Positions 10,547 to 24,253 of a stretch of DNA of 64,000 nt are shown here, piece by piece. The notes under the pieces are model-generated. The model made no database searches and was not told where the DNA came from. It saw only the letters and a list, made by a program, of their open reading frames with translations. The DNA is from Dendrobates tinctorius (Eukaryota), in NCBI RefSeq assembly GCF_039654945.1, contig NW_027362015.1, positions 992,001-1,056,000 of the forward strand, given 5' to 3'. Within the stretch, counting starts at the first letter, position 1; every line of letters begins with the position of its first letter. Position numbers and translations under genes: made by a program.

Positions 10547-13500
10547 ATGACAAGTGCGTCTGATGAGAGCTGTGAGTGAGAAGCGAGCAGAGGAACAGTG
10601 GCAAGTGCGTCTGATGAGAGCTGACAGTGAGCGGAGGAACAGTGGCAAGTGCGTCTGATGAGAGCTGACAGTGAGCGGAGGAACAGTGGCAAATGCGTCT
10701 GAGAGCTGTCGGTGAGCGGAGGAACAGTGGCAAGTGCGTCTGATGAGAGCTGTCAGTGAGCAATGAGCGGAGGAACAGTGACAAGTGTGTCTGATGAGAG
10801 CTGTGAGTGAGAAACGAGCAGAGGAACAGTGGCAAGTGCGTCTGATGAGAGCTGACAGTGAGCGGAGGAACAGTGGCAAATGCGTCTGAGAGCTGTCGGT
10901 GAGCGGAGGAACAGTGGCAAGTGCGTCTGATGAGAGCTGTCAGTGAGCAATGAGCGGAGGAACAGTGACAAGTGCGTCTGATGAGAGCTGTCAGTGAGCG
11001 GAGGAACAGTAGCAAGTGCGTCTGATGAGAGCTGTCAGTGAGCAATGAGCGGAGGAACAGTGACAAGTGCGTCTGATGAGAGCTGTCAGTGAGCGGAGGA
11101 ACAGTAGCAAGTGCGTCTGATGAGAGCTGTCAGTGAGCGGAGGAACAGTAGCAAGTGCGTCTGAGAGCTGTCGGTGAGCGGAGGAACAGTGGCAAGTGCG
11201 TCTGATGAGAGCTGTCAGTGAGCAATGAGCGGAGGAACAGTGGCAAGTGCGTCTGATGAGAGCTGTCAGTGAGCAATGAGCGGAGGAACAGTGGCAAGTG
11301 TGTCTGATGAGAGCTGTCAGTGAGCAATGAGCGGAGGAACAGTGACAAGTGCGTCTGATGAGAGCTGTCAGTGAGCGGAGGAACAGTAGCAAGTGCGTCT
11401 GATGAGAGCTGTCAGTGAGCAATGAGCGGAGGAACAGTGACAAGTGTGTCTGATGAGAGCTGTGAGTGAGAAACGAGCAGAGGAACAGTGGCAAGTGCGT
11501 CTGATGAGAGCTGACAGTGAGCGGAGGAACAGTGGCAAATGCGTCTGAGAGCTGTCGGTGAGCGGAGGAACAGTGGCAAGTGCGTCTGATGAGAGCTGTC
11601 AGTGAGCAATGAGCGGAGGAACAGTGACAAGTGCGTCTGATGAGAGCTGTCAGTGAGCGGAGGAACAGTGGCAAGTGCGTCTGATGAGAGCTGTCAGTGA
11701 GCAATGAGCGGAGGAACAGTGACAAGTGCGTCTGATGAGAGCTGTCAGTGAGCGGAGGAACAGTAGCAAGTGCGTCTGATGAGAGCTGTCAGTGAGCGGA
11801 GGAACAGTAGCAAGTGCGTCTGAGAGCTGTCGGTGAGCGGAGGAACAGTGGCAAGTGCGTCTGATGAGAGCTGTCAGTGAGCAATGAGCGGAGGAACAGT
11901 GGCAAGTGCGTCTGATGAGAGCTGTCAGTGAGCAATGAGCGGAGGAACAGTGACAAGTGTGTCTGAGAGCTGTCAGTGAGCAATGAGCGGAGGAACAGTG
12001 ACAAGTGCGTCTGATGAGAGCTGTCAGTGAGCGGAGGAACAGTAGCAAGTGCGTCTGATGAGAGCTGTCAGTGAGCGGAGGAACAGTAGCAAGTGCGTCT
12101 GAGAGCTGTCGGTGAGCGGAGGAACAGTGGCAAGTGCGTCTGAGAGCTGTCAGTGAGCAATGAGCGGAGGAACAGTGGCAAGTGCGTCTGAGAGCTGTCG
12201 GTGAGCGGAGGAACAGTGGCAAGTGCGTCTGATGAGAGCTGTCAGTGAGCAATGAGCGGAGGAACAGTGACAAATGTGTCTGATGAGAGCTGTCAGTGAG
12301 TGGAGGAACAGTAGCAAGTGCGTCTGAGAGCTGTCGGTGAGCGGAGGGACAGTGTGACAAGTGCGTCTGATGAGAGCTGTCAGTGAGCAATGAGCGGAGG
12401 AACAGTGTCAAGTGTTAAGGAGACTTAATAGCTGTCTACAAATATCTAAAGGGCTGTCACATTGTAGAAGGATCAACTTTATTCTCATTTGCACAAGGAA
12501 AGACTAGAAGCAATGGGATGAAACTGAATGGGAGGAGACACAGATTAGATATTAGAAAAAACTTTTTGACAGTTAGAGTGATCAATGAGTGGAACAGGCT
12601 GCCACGAGAAGTGGTGAGTTCTCCTTCAATGGAAGTCTTCAAACAGAGGCTGGACAGACATCTGACTGGGATGATTTAGCGAATCCTGCTTTGAGCAGGG
12701 GGTTGGACCAGATGGCCCAGGAGGTCCCTTCCAACTCTACGATTCTATGATTCTAAGTGCGTCTGAGAGCTGTCAGTGAGCAATGAACGGAGGAACAGTG
12801 ACAAGTGTGTCTGAGAGCTGTCAGTGAGCGGAGGAACAGTAGCAAGTGCGTCTGAGAGCTGTCAATGAGCAGAGGAACAGTGACAAGTGTGTCTGATGAG
12901 AGCTGTCAGTGAGCGGAGGAACAGTAGCAAGTGCGTCTGATGAGAGCTGTCAGTGAGCGGAGGAACAGTAGCAAGTGCGTCTGATGAGAGCTGTCAGTGA
13001 GCAATGAGCGGAGGAACAGTGACAAGTGTGTCTGATAAGAGCTGTCAGTGAGCGGAGGAACAGTGACAAGTGTGTCTGAGAGCTGTCGGTGAGCGGAGGA
13101 ACAGTGACAAGTGTGTCTGAGAGCTGTCGGTGAGCGGAGGAACAGTGACAAGTGTGTCGGTGAGTGGAGGAACAGTGACAAGTGTGTCTGAGAGCTGTCG
13201 GTGAGCGGAGGAACAGCGACAAGTGCGTCTGAGAGCTGTCAGTGAGCGGAGGAACAGTGGCAAGTGTGTCTAATGAGAGCTGTCAGTGAGCAGTGAGCGG
13301 AGGAACAGTGGCAAGTGTGTCTAATGAGAGCTGTCAGTGAGCAGTGAGCGGAGGAACAGTGGCAAGTGTGTCTAATGAGAGCTGTCAGTGAGCAGTGAGT
13401 GGAGGAACAGTGGCAAGTGTGTCTAATGAGAGCTGTCAGTGAGCAGTGAGCGGAGGAACAGTGGCAAGTGTGTCTAATGAGAGCTGTCAGTGAGCGGAGG

Positions 13501-15880
13501 AACAGTGGCAAGTGTGTCTAATGAGAGCTGTCATTGAGCGATGAGCAGAGGAACAGTGACAAGTGCGTCTGATGAGAGCTGTCAGTGAGCGATGGGTGGA
13601 GGAACAGTGATAAGTGCATCTCATGAGAGCTGTTAGTGAGCGATGAGCGGAGGAACAGTGGCAAGTCTGTCTGATGAGAACTGTCAGTGAGCGATGAGCG
13701 GAGGAGCAGTAACAAGTGCGTCTGACGAGAGCTGTCAGTGAGCGGAGGAACAGTAACAAGTGCATCTAATGAGAGCTGTCAGTGAACGATGAGCGGAGGA
13801 ACAGTGACAAGTGTGTCTGATGAGAGCTGTTAGTGAGCGGAGGAACAGTGGCAAGTGTGTCTAATGAGAGCTGTGAGTGAGAATTGAGCAGTGGAACAGT
13901 GACAAGTGCGTCTGATGAGAGCTGTCAGTGAGCGGAGGAACGGTGGCAAGTGTGTCTAATGAGAGCTGTGAGTGAGAATTGAGCAGAGGAACAGTGGCAA
14001 GTGCATCTGATGAGAGCTGTCAGTGAGCAATGAGCAGGCAAACAGTGACTAGTGCATCTCATGAGAGCTGTCAGTGAGCGATGAGTGGAGGAACAGTGTG
14101 ACAAGTGCGTCTGACGAGAGCTGTCGGTGAGCGAAGGAACAGTGTGACAAGTGCGTCTGAGAGCTGTCAGTGAGCGATGGGTGGAGGAACAGTCACAAGT
14201 GCGTCTGAGAGCTGTCAGTGAGCGGAGGAACAGTTATAAGTGTGTGAGAGCGGTCAGTGAGCAATGAGCAAAGGAACAGTGGCAAGTGTGTCTAACAGAG
14301 CTGTCAGTGAGTGGAGGAACAGTGTGACAAGTGCGTCTGACGAGAGCTGTCGGTGAGCGGAGGAACAGTGGCAAGTGCGTTTGACGAGAGCTGTCGATGA
14401 GCAGAGGAACAGTGGCAAGTGTGTCTAATGAGAGCTGTGAGTGAGAATTGAGCAGTGGAACAGTGGCAAGTGCGTCTGATGAGAGCTGTCAGTGAACGAT
14501 GAGCGGAGGAACAGTGACAAGTGTCTGGTGAGAGCTGTAAGTGAGCGGAGGAACAGTGGCAAGTGTGTCTAATGAGAGCTCTGAGTGAGAATTGAGCAGT
14601 GGAACAGTGGCAAGTGCGTCTGACGAGAGCTGTCGGTGAACAGAGGAACAGTGTGACAAGTGCGTCTGACAAGAGCTGTCGGTGAGCGGAGGAACAGTGT
14701 GACAAGTGCGTCTGACGAGAGCTGTCGGTGAGCGGAGGAACAGTGTGACAAGTGCGTCTGACAAGAGCTGTCGGTGAGCGGAGGAACAGTGTGACAAGTG
14801 CGTCTGACGAGAGCTGTCGGTGAGCGGAGGAACAGTGACAAGTGCATCTGGCGAGAGCTGTCGGTGAGCGGAGGAACAGTGACAAGTGCATCTGGCGAGA
14901 GCTGTCGGTGAGCGGAGGAACAGTGTGACAAGTGCGTCTGATGAGAGCTGTCTGTGAGCGGAGGAACAGTGTGACAAGTGCATCTGATGAGAGCTGTCTG
15001 TGAGCGGAGGAACAGTGTGACAAGTGCGTCTGACGAGAGCTGTCGGTGAGCGGAGGAACAGTGTGACAAGTACGTCTGACGAGAGCTGTCGGTGAGCGGA
15101 GGAACAGTGTGACAAGTGCGTCTGATGAGAGCTGTCTGTGAGCGGAGGAACAGTGTGACAAGTGCATCTGATGAGAGCTGTCTGTGAGCGGAGGAACAGT
15201 GTGACAAGTGCGTCTGATGAGAGCTGTCGGTGAGCGGAGGAACAGTGTGACAAGTGCGTCTGATGAGAGCTGTCGGTGAGCGGAGGAACAGTGTGACAAG
15301 TGCATCTGATGAGAGCTGTCTGTGAGCGGAGGAACAGTGTGACAAGTGCGTCTGACGAGAGCTGTCTGTGAGCGGAGGAACAGTGTGACAAGTGCATCTG
15401 ATGAGAGCTGTCTGTGAGCGGAGGAACAGTGTGACAAGTGCGTCTGATGAGAGCTGTCGGTGAGCGGAGGAACAGTGTGACAAGTGCGTCTGATGAGAGC
15501 TGTCGGTGAGCGGAGGAACAGTGTGACAAGTGCATCTGATGAGAGCTGTCTGTGAGCGGAGGAACAGTGTGACAAGTGCGTCTGACGAGAGCTGTCTGTG
15601 AGCGGAGGAACAGTGTGACAAGTGCATCTGATGAGAGCTGTCTGTGAGCGGAGGAACAGTGTGACAAGTGCGTCTGATGAGAGCTGTCGGTGAGCGGAGG
15701 AACAGTGTGACAAGTGCGTCTGATGAGAGCTGTCGGTGAGCGGAGGAACAGTGTGACAAGTGCATCTGATGAGAGCTGTCTGTGAGCGGAGGAACAGTGT
15801 GACAAGTGCATCTGATGAGAGCTGTCTGTGAGCGGAGGAACAGTGTGACAAGTGCGTCTGATGAGAGCTGTCGGTGAGCA
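10547..15880. repeat. ~42-53-bp minisatellite array
   Basis: Unit CAAGTGCGTCTGATGAGAGCTGTCAGTGAGC(AATGAGC)GGAGGAACAGTG and variants. Confidence 0.95.
12418..12754 (+). mobile_element. Short 5'-truncated CR1 insertion
   Basis: CR1 3' end with ATTCTATG tail; AAGTG duplicated at 12410-12414 and 12755-12759. Confidence 0.92.
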
Positions 15881-16129
15881 ATCCGTCACACTGTAATTAC
15901 ACACATCCATTTATTATGATACATTGGAGGTGTTTATTATTGTATAAGGTGAGTAGATAAATTAGATGATTAATATATTTATGTTCTTAAAATTATGATA
16001 TTCTGTTCTTGTTGATTGGAATAGTTTTACCAATGAGGAGATCCATCAATCAGTTCAGTGATGCACAAATGCCGGTTGCGCACATGCTGGCTACACTAAA
16101 GCAAAAATAACTCCTAGCATCCCCACAAG

Positions 16130-17181
16130 TTTCGCCTAGCCAGGCTTCCTCAGGGGAGGGTTAGGTCACTTCACGGGGGATTCTGCTCTTCTGGCACTCG
16201 GCATATCTGCAAATGGAGTCCTCAGACTATACTTGCAAACTGCAATAGTGAATAGCGCTCTGTCCTTCCTCAATCCTGCTGTGCTGCTAGACAGTACTGC
16301 TCAGCCATATATAGAGTATTGGTGTACTGAGGAGAAATTACACGTCGATTGTGAGGTTTTCTGTTTTTAAACTGGTGAAAATGGAAGATGGAGGCTAAAT
16401 CAACGTTCATGAAAAAAAAAAACACATTTCATTTTCATGTCCCAATATTTTAAAATTCTGTGAGGTACCTGTGGTATAAAGATGATCATCACACCAGCAG
16501 ATAGATTCCTCCAGGTGTCTAGTTTCCAAATTGGGATCACCTGTGGGGGTTTTCCACTGTTAAGCCATATCGGGGGTCTCCACAAACGCGACGTTGCGCC
16601 TGCTCTTGATTCCAGTTAATTTTGCGCTCAGAGTCAAACGTCAGTCCATCCCCTCAGCACTGCCGTGTGCCCAAATAGTAGTTTTCCCCCACATATGGGG
16701 TATCTGTGTCCTCAGGAGCGTTTGCAATACAAACTGTATAGTGCACTTTCTCCTGTTACCCTTGTGAAAATCTAAAATTTAGAGCTAAAGCAACATTTTT
16801 GTGATAAGTAAAATTTTTATATTTTTTTTCCCCTTATATATTGCTTAATTCCTGTGAAGCTTTTGAAGGGTTAATACATTTCTTGAACGTAGTTTTCAGC
16901 ACCTTTTAGAATGGCGTCACTTTTGGGTATTTTCACTGGTCAACTCTTAACCCATATAACTTCCTAACTAAAAAAAAATGTTTTAAACATTGTTCTGATG
17001 TGAAGTCGACGTGTGGGAAATGTGACTTATACAAACGCAAAAATTATCCTCCTGAATTTACCACCATCATGAAGTACAATATGCCCAAAAGACCCACAAT
17101 CGCAGGGACGCTCCGGAGCCAATGGCACATAAAGTGAGACGGGGCAGGAAGATGAAAACGGACTGGGTGTGAAGGGGCTAA
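16130..17181. mobile_element. Degenerate interspersed repeat, possibly a non-autonomous TTAA-type DNA transposon
   Basis: Ends GAAGGGGCTAA, resembling an AAGGGG-TTAA terminus. The other end was not found and the family is uncertain. Confidence 0.3.
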
Positions 17182-19090
17182 TCACGTGATGTCATAGATG
17201 GAGAAGAGTTACCTGGTAGGTAGGACACACCATATTAGCGATGGGGCCGCCGCTGATCATTCCCCCTAGACACACCATATTAGCGATGGGGCCGCCGCTG
17301 ATCATTCCCCCCTAGATACATTGTATTAGCGATGGGGCCGCCGCTGATCATCCCCCCCAGATACATTGTATTAGCGATGGGGCCGCCGCTGATCATTCCC
17401 CCTAGACACACCATATTAGTGATGGGGCCGCCACTGATCATTCCCCCCTAGATACATTGTATTAGCGATGGGGCCGCCGCTGATCATCCCCCCCAGATAC
17501 ATTGTATTAGCGATGGGGCCGCCACTGATCATCCCCCCTAGATACATTGTATTAGCGATGGGGCCGCCACTGATCATCCCCCCTAGATACATTGTATTAG
17601 CGATGGGGCCGCCACTGATCATCCCCCCTAGATACATTGTATTAGCGATGGGGCCGCCGCTGATCATCCCCCCCCACATACATTGTATTAGCGATGGGGC
17701 CGCCGCTGATCATTCCCCCTAGACACACCATATTAGTGATGGGACCGCCACTGATCATTCCCCCCTAGATACATTGTATTAGCGATGGGGCCGCCGCTGA
17801 TCATCCCCCCAGATACATTGTATTAGCGATGGGGCCACCGCTGATCATCCCCCCCAGATACATTGTATTAGCGATGGGGCCGCCACTGATCATCCCCCCT
17901 AGATACATTGTATTAGCGATGGGGCCGCCGCTGATCATCCCCCCCAGATACATTGTACTAGCGATGGGCCGCCGCTGATCATCCCCCCCAGATACATTGT
18001 ACTAGCGATGGGGCCGCCGCTGATCATCCCCCCCAGATACATTGTACTAGCGATGGGGCCGCCGCTGATCATTCCCCCCCCCCTTAGATACACCCTATTA
18101 GCGATGGGGCCGCCACTGATCATCCCCCCCTAGATACATTGTATTGGCGATGGGGCCGCTGCTGATCATTTCCCCCCCAGATACATTGTATTAGCGATGG
18201 TGCCGCCGCTGATCATCCCCCCTAGATACATTGTATTAGCGATGGGGCTGCCACTGATCATCCCCCCTAGATACACCATATTAGCGATGGGGCCGCCGCT
18301 GATCATTCCCCCTAGACACACCATATTAGCGATGGGGCCGCCGCTGATCATTCCCCCTAGATACACCATATTAGCGATGGGGCCGCCGCTGATCATTCCC
18401 CCTAGACACACCATATTAGCGATGGGGCCGCCGCTGATCATTCCCCCTAGATACACCATATTAGCGATGGGGCCGCCGCTGATCATTCCCCCTAGACACA
18501 CCATATTAGCGATGGGGCCGCCGCTGATCATTCCCCCTAGACACACCATATTAGCGATGGGGCCGCCGCTGATCATTCCCCCTAGACACACCATATTAGC
18601 GATGGGGCCGCCGCTGATCATTCCCCCTAGACACACCATATTAGCGATGGGGCCGCCGCTGATCATTCCCCCTAGACACACCATATTAGCGATGGGGCCG
18701 CCGCTGATCATTCCCCCTAGACACACCATATTAGCGATGGGGCCGCCGCTGATCATTCCCCCTAGACACACCATATTAGCGATGGGGCCGCCGCTGATCA
18801 TTCCCCCTAGACACACCATATTAGCGATGGGGCCGCCGCTGATCATTCCCCCTAGACACACCATATTAGCGATGGGGCCGCCGCTGATCATTCCCCCTAG
18901 ACACACCATATTAGCGATGGGGCCGCCGCTGATCATTCCCCCTAGACACACCATATTAGCGATGGGGCCGCCGCTGATCATTCCCCCTAGACACACCATA
19001 TTAGCGATGGGGCCGCCGCTGATCATTCCCCCTAGACACACCATATTAGCGATGGGGCCGCCGCTGATCATTCCCCCTAGACACACCATA

Positions 19091-21125
19091 AACTGTGTTC
19101 CAAATTATTATGCACAAAGAGTTTCGGAGTGATAAGGTTAGAATGTTTTTGTCCTTTACACTCATTGCTGGTGATGTGTCAGGCTCTTTATATCACTGAG
19201 AGCAATTGCAGATTCCTGTGCACATTAGTTTGGCCGGTGTGTCCAAATAAAGGCAAGACTACTGAAGAAGGCTGTTCCACATTATTAAGCAGCCAACATT
19301 TTTTGCCAAAATGGGAAAGAAAAAGGATGTGTCGGCTGCTGAGAAGCCACAAATTGTGGAGTATTTAGGTCAAGGCATGACTACAATCAACATTGCCAAG
19401 ACCCTTCATCGTGATCATCGCACAATCAAGAAGTCTGTCGCTGATTCCCAGCACACACGTGTGCGGCTGATAAGGAAACATTGAGGACTCTTTCCAACAG
19501 GCAATTGCGTCAGGTTAAAAGAGCAGCTGCAGAAATGTCTTGTCATAGCAGCACACAAGTTTTTGAAGCTGCTGGTGCCTCCAACGTCCCCCGAACAACA
19601 AGATGCAGGGTCCTTCAGAGGTTTGCAGCTGTGCGTAAGCCGTCCTGTCGACCACCTCTATCCACTGCACACAAGCAGAAACGGCTCCAGTGGCCAAACG
19701 AGACATGAAGACCGATGAGTGCCGTGCAACGCTCGATGGTCCAGATGGATGGAGTGGAGGATGGCTGGTTGATGGACACCCCATGAAAACACGGCTAAGG
19801 CCTGTTTCACACTTCCGTTTTTTCAAATCCGTCAAAATCCGTTTTCCGTAAAAAAACGGATCCGCCATTTTTTTGCAGGATCTGTTTTTTTTGTCCCATA
19901 GACTTCCATTACGGTTACCGCGGATCCGTCAAAAAAACGGATCCGTTTTTTTAAAAACGGATCCGTTGGCATCCGTTTCCGTCAAAAAAACGGAAACGGA
20001 TCCGTTTGACGGACACAAAAACGGAAGTGTGAAACAGGCCTAAGGCGCCAACAAGATGGAGGTGGAGTAATGTTTTGGGCTGGAATCATGGGGAGAGAGA
20101 TTGTCGGCCCCTTTAGGATCCCTGAAGCAGTAAAGATGAACTCCATAATCTATGTGGAGTGTCTAAAACAGCACTGCCTGCCATGGTTCAAGAGGAAGAG
20201 CCGTGCTTTCCGCAGCAAGATCATTGTCATGCCTGATAATGCGCCGTCTCCTGCTGCAAATAACACATCTGCATCTCTGGCTGCTATGGGCATAAAAGAG
20301 GGCAAACGTCTGGTGTGGCCACCATCTTCCCCTGACCTCAACCCCATTGACAACCTCTGGAGCATCATCACAAGGAGCGTCTATGATGGCGGGAGGCAGC
20401 TCACATCTAAGCAACAGCTCTGGGAGGGGATTCTGTCCACAGGCAAAACAACTGAAGCACAAACCGTCCAAAACCTGACAAATCCAATGGACGAGAGAGT
20501 TCAGAAGCTTCTTTCCAAAAAGGGTCCTATGTGCAAATGTAACATCACCGAGAAGAAAGGTTTGACTTGAAAACTGTTTGATGTCATTGTTATTAGCGAT
20601 GGGGCCGCCGCTGATCATTACCCCCTAGATACATTGTATTAGTGATGGGGCTGCCACTTATCATCCCCCCCTAGATACATTGTATTAGTGATGGGGCCGC
20701 CGCTGATCATTACCCCCTAGATACATTGTATTAACGATGGGGCCGCCGCTGATCATTACCCCCTAGATACATTGTATTAACGATGGGGCCGCCGCTGATC
20801 ATCCCCCCCCCATCACTGAGAAGAAAGGTTTGACTTGAAAACTGATTTCATTTTGTAATAAGCTGATAATGCTTATCATTTCACAACTGACCATTTTTCT
20901 GTTCAAAATAAAAAGGTTGAAAACTCTGCTGTGCATAATAATTTGGAACATGCATTTTGAGTGTTATTTTTAAAAATATACTGTTTTCATAGGCAGTTTG
21001 TTCAAAAACATTACAATTATACTAGAATATTAGATGACTGGAAAATAACAATGACGGCAATTCATAGAGGGAATTTACAGAAAATAGGAGGAAATAGTTT
21101 TTGCATAATAATTTGGAACACAGTG
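19091..21125 (+). mobile_element. Tc1/mariner element, degenerate transposase
   Basis: TIR (C/A)ACTGTGTTCCAAATTATTATGCA with TA flanks; MGKKKD start at 19311; DNAP and WPPSSPDLNPIDNLW motifs; stops and frameshifts present. Confidence 0.9.
19799..20040. mobile_element. PIF/Harbinger-type MITE nested in the Tc1
   Basis: TIR GGCCTGTTTCACACTTCCGTTTT with TAA duplication. Confidence 0.9.
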
Positions 21126-21246
21126 TATTAGCGATGGGGCCGCCGCTGATCATTCCCCCCTATACACAGTGTATTAGCGATGGGGCCGCCGCTGATCATT
21201 CCCCCCTAGACACACCATATTAGCGATGGGGCCGCCGCTGATCATT

Positions 21247-24200
21247 AAACTAGAACAACATGGGAAGGGAAGCAAAAGACCAGAAAAAGCCATACACCTG
21301 ACAAATGCTATTGAGAACTCTGCTATTAGAAGTGGAAAGGAAGAACAAAGACGAAAGAATCTAATTAATAAAAATATTGGAGAAAGAGAAACCAATCACA
21401 AACTAAAATGTTTCCATACTAATGCACAAAGCATGGGCAACAAAGAAGGAGAATTGGAACTACTAACACAGGAAAAGAAATATGATGTCATTGGAATCAC
21501 TGAGACTTGGTGGGACAATACACATGATTGGAATACAAGACTAGAAGGATACAACTTATTTGCAAGAAACAGACTTGATAAACGAGGAGGGGGTGTCGCA
21601 TTGTATGTTAGAAACGCGTATATCTGCACAGAGATTGAAGCTTCAGAGACTGGGAGTTCTGTGGAAACTGTTTGGGTAAGAATACAAGGACAGAACAATG
21701 GAAAGGACACCATTGTAGGCATTTACTACAGGCCGCCTGTGCAAGCTGAAGCTATGGATGAACTCTTTATGCATCAAATGGCCAAGTTCTCCAAAAAATA
21801 TGACATAGTTGTCATGGGAGATTTCAACTATCCAGACATTTGTTGGGAACCTCTCTCAGGCAAAACTAACAGGTCAAGGAAATTCTTATCCTCTCTTGCT
21901 GACAACTTTATCTTCCAAAAGGTAAGGGAGAAAACAAGGGGAACTGCTACTTTGGATCTAATCCTTATAAACAGGGAGGAAATGGTTGAGGAGGTAAAAG
22001 TGGCTGGGACCCTAGGAGGTAGCGACCATGCTATTTTAGAATTTTGGATAACTAGAGGCGGAAGACCTGTGAAGACTCAGACGTCAAGGTTAGATTTCAG
22101 AAAGGCAGATTTTAAGGGATTCAGAAAGAGAATTGGAGGGATCCAATGGCTGGATATCCTTAAAGACAAAAATGTCCAGGAAGGATGGGAAATCTTGAAA
22201 AATGAAATTCTCAAAGCACAGTTGTTAACAATTCCGAAAAGAGGGAAGAATAGGAAGCAGTTAAGGAAACCAGGATGGATGAACACAGAACTTAAGCACA
22301 TGCTAAAAAGGAAGAAAAAAATGTTTATAAAATGGAAAGAGGGAGGCATATCTAAAGAAGAATATAATGCTGTCTGCAGAACCTGCAGGGCACAAATCAG
22401 ATTATCTAAAGCTGAAAATGAATTGAGGCTTGCAAGAGATGTCAAAAGCAATAATAAAGGATTTTGGGGATATGTCAAAAGTAAAAGAAAAGTCAAAGAT
22501 GCCATAGGATTTTTACAGGATGAAAATGATGAAATGGTAAGACAGGATGTTGAGAAGGCTGAACTTTTAAATTCCTATTTTGCATCTGTTTTCTCTCAGA
22601 AAGGAAATGTAACATCAACTGTTATTCACTGTCCTATTAAGGGAATAGAAGAATCCAGGATATCTATAAACAGAAAGATAGTGAGGAAACACTTAGCTAG
22701 CCTAAATGAATTCAAGTCTCCAGGTCCAGATGAATTACACCCCAGAGTACTGAAGGAGATAGCAGAAGAAATTTTTGAACCCCTCTCTATAATCTTTGAA
22801 AATTCTTGGAGAACTGGAGAAGTGCCAGAAGACTGGAGAAGAGCAAATGTTGTTCCTATCTTCAAAAAGGGGAAGAAGGTGGACCCAGGTAACTATAGGC
22901 CGGTGAGTCTGACTTCTATACCAGGAAAGATCTTTGAACAAATTATTAAACAACATGTATGTCAATACCTGGATAAGAATGAAGTGATTAAACAGAGTCA
23001 GCATGGGTTTGTAACTAATAAGTCATGTCAGACTAACTTAATTTCCTTCTATGACGGTATCACTGATTGGGTGGATCAAGGAAATGCTGTAGATATAGTA
23101 TATCTTGACTTCAGCAAAGCATTTGACAAAGTCTCTCATACAATCCTTATTGAAAAAATGATTAAGTATGGAATGGACAAGGCAACTGTTAGGTGGATTC
23201 ATAACTGGCTTAGTGATCGGACCCAAAGAGTGGTCGTAAATGGCTGCACATCCAGTTGGAAGAATGTCTCAAGTGGGGTACCACAGGGCTCTGTCCTGGG
23301 CCCTGTATTGTTCAACATCTTTATCAACGATTTAGATGAAGGAATTGAGGGTAAACTGATTAAATTTGCTGATGACACAAAGCTAGGAGGGATAGCTAAT
23401 ACTAGAGAAGAGAGAGAGAGAATTCAAAAAGATTTAAATAAACTGGAGAAGTGGGCAGCAACTAACAGAATGGTTTTTAACAGGGAGAAATGCAAAGTAC
23501 TACATCTGGGCAATAAAAATGGAAAAGGCATATATAGAATGGGAGGAATAGGGCTAAGTGACAGCACATGTGAAAAAGACTTGGGTATACTAATAGATCA
23601 CAGACTGAATATGAGTCAACAGTGTGATGCAGCAGCAAAAAAGGCAAATGCAATTCTAGGATGTATTAACAGAAGCATACAGTCTAGATCACGTGAAGTC
23701 ATTATTTCCCTCTACTCATATTTGGTCAGACCTCATCTGGAATATTGTGTCCAGTTTTGGGCACCACATTTTAAAAAAGACATCAACAAACTGGAGCAAG
23801 TTCAGAAAAGAGCGACCAGAATGGTGACCGGTCTGCAAACCCTGTCTTATGAGGAAAGGTTGCAGGATTTGGGAATGTTTAGTTTGCAAAAGAGAAGACT
23901 GAGAGGAGACTTAATAGCTGTCTACAAATATCTAAAGGGCTGTCACATTGTAGAAGGATCAACTTTATTCTCATTTGCACAAGGAAAGACTAGAAGCAAT
24001 GGGATGAAACTGAATGGGAGGAGACACAGATTAGATATTAGAAAAAACTTTTTGACAGTTAGAGTGATCAATGAGTGGAACAGGCTGCCACGAGAAGTGG
24101 TGAGTTCTCCTTCAATGGAAGTCTTCAAACAGAGGCTGGACAGACATCTGACTGGGATGATTTAGCGAATCCTGCTTTGAGCAGGGGGTTGGACCAGATG

Positions 24201-24253
24201 GCCCAGGAGGTCCCTTCCAACTCTACGATTCTATGATCCTATGATTCTATGAT
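21247..24253 (+). mobile_element. CR1 LINE, 5'-truncated, with intact ORF2 (APE endonuclease + RT)
   Basis: Uninterrupted ORF to 24165 with [32 protein letters not shown] and FADD motifs. 8-bp-repeat tail; TCATT duplicated at 21242-21246 and 24254-24258. Confidence 0.95.

Noticed and set aside
10547-15880. CTGATGA in most satellite units suggested a hammerhead-bearing satellite, as known in newts
   Set aside because: No correctly placed GAAA with stems II and III could be built.
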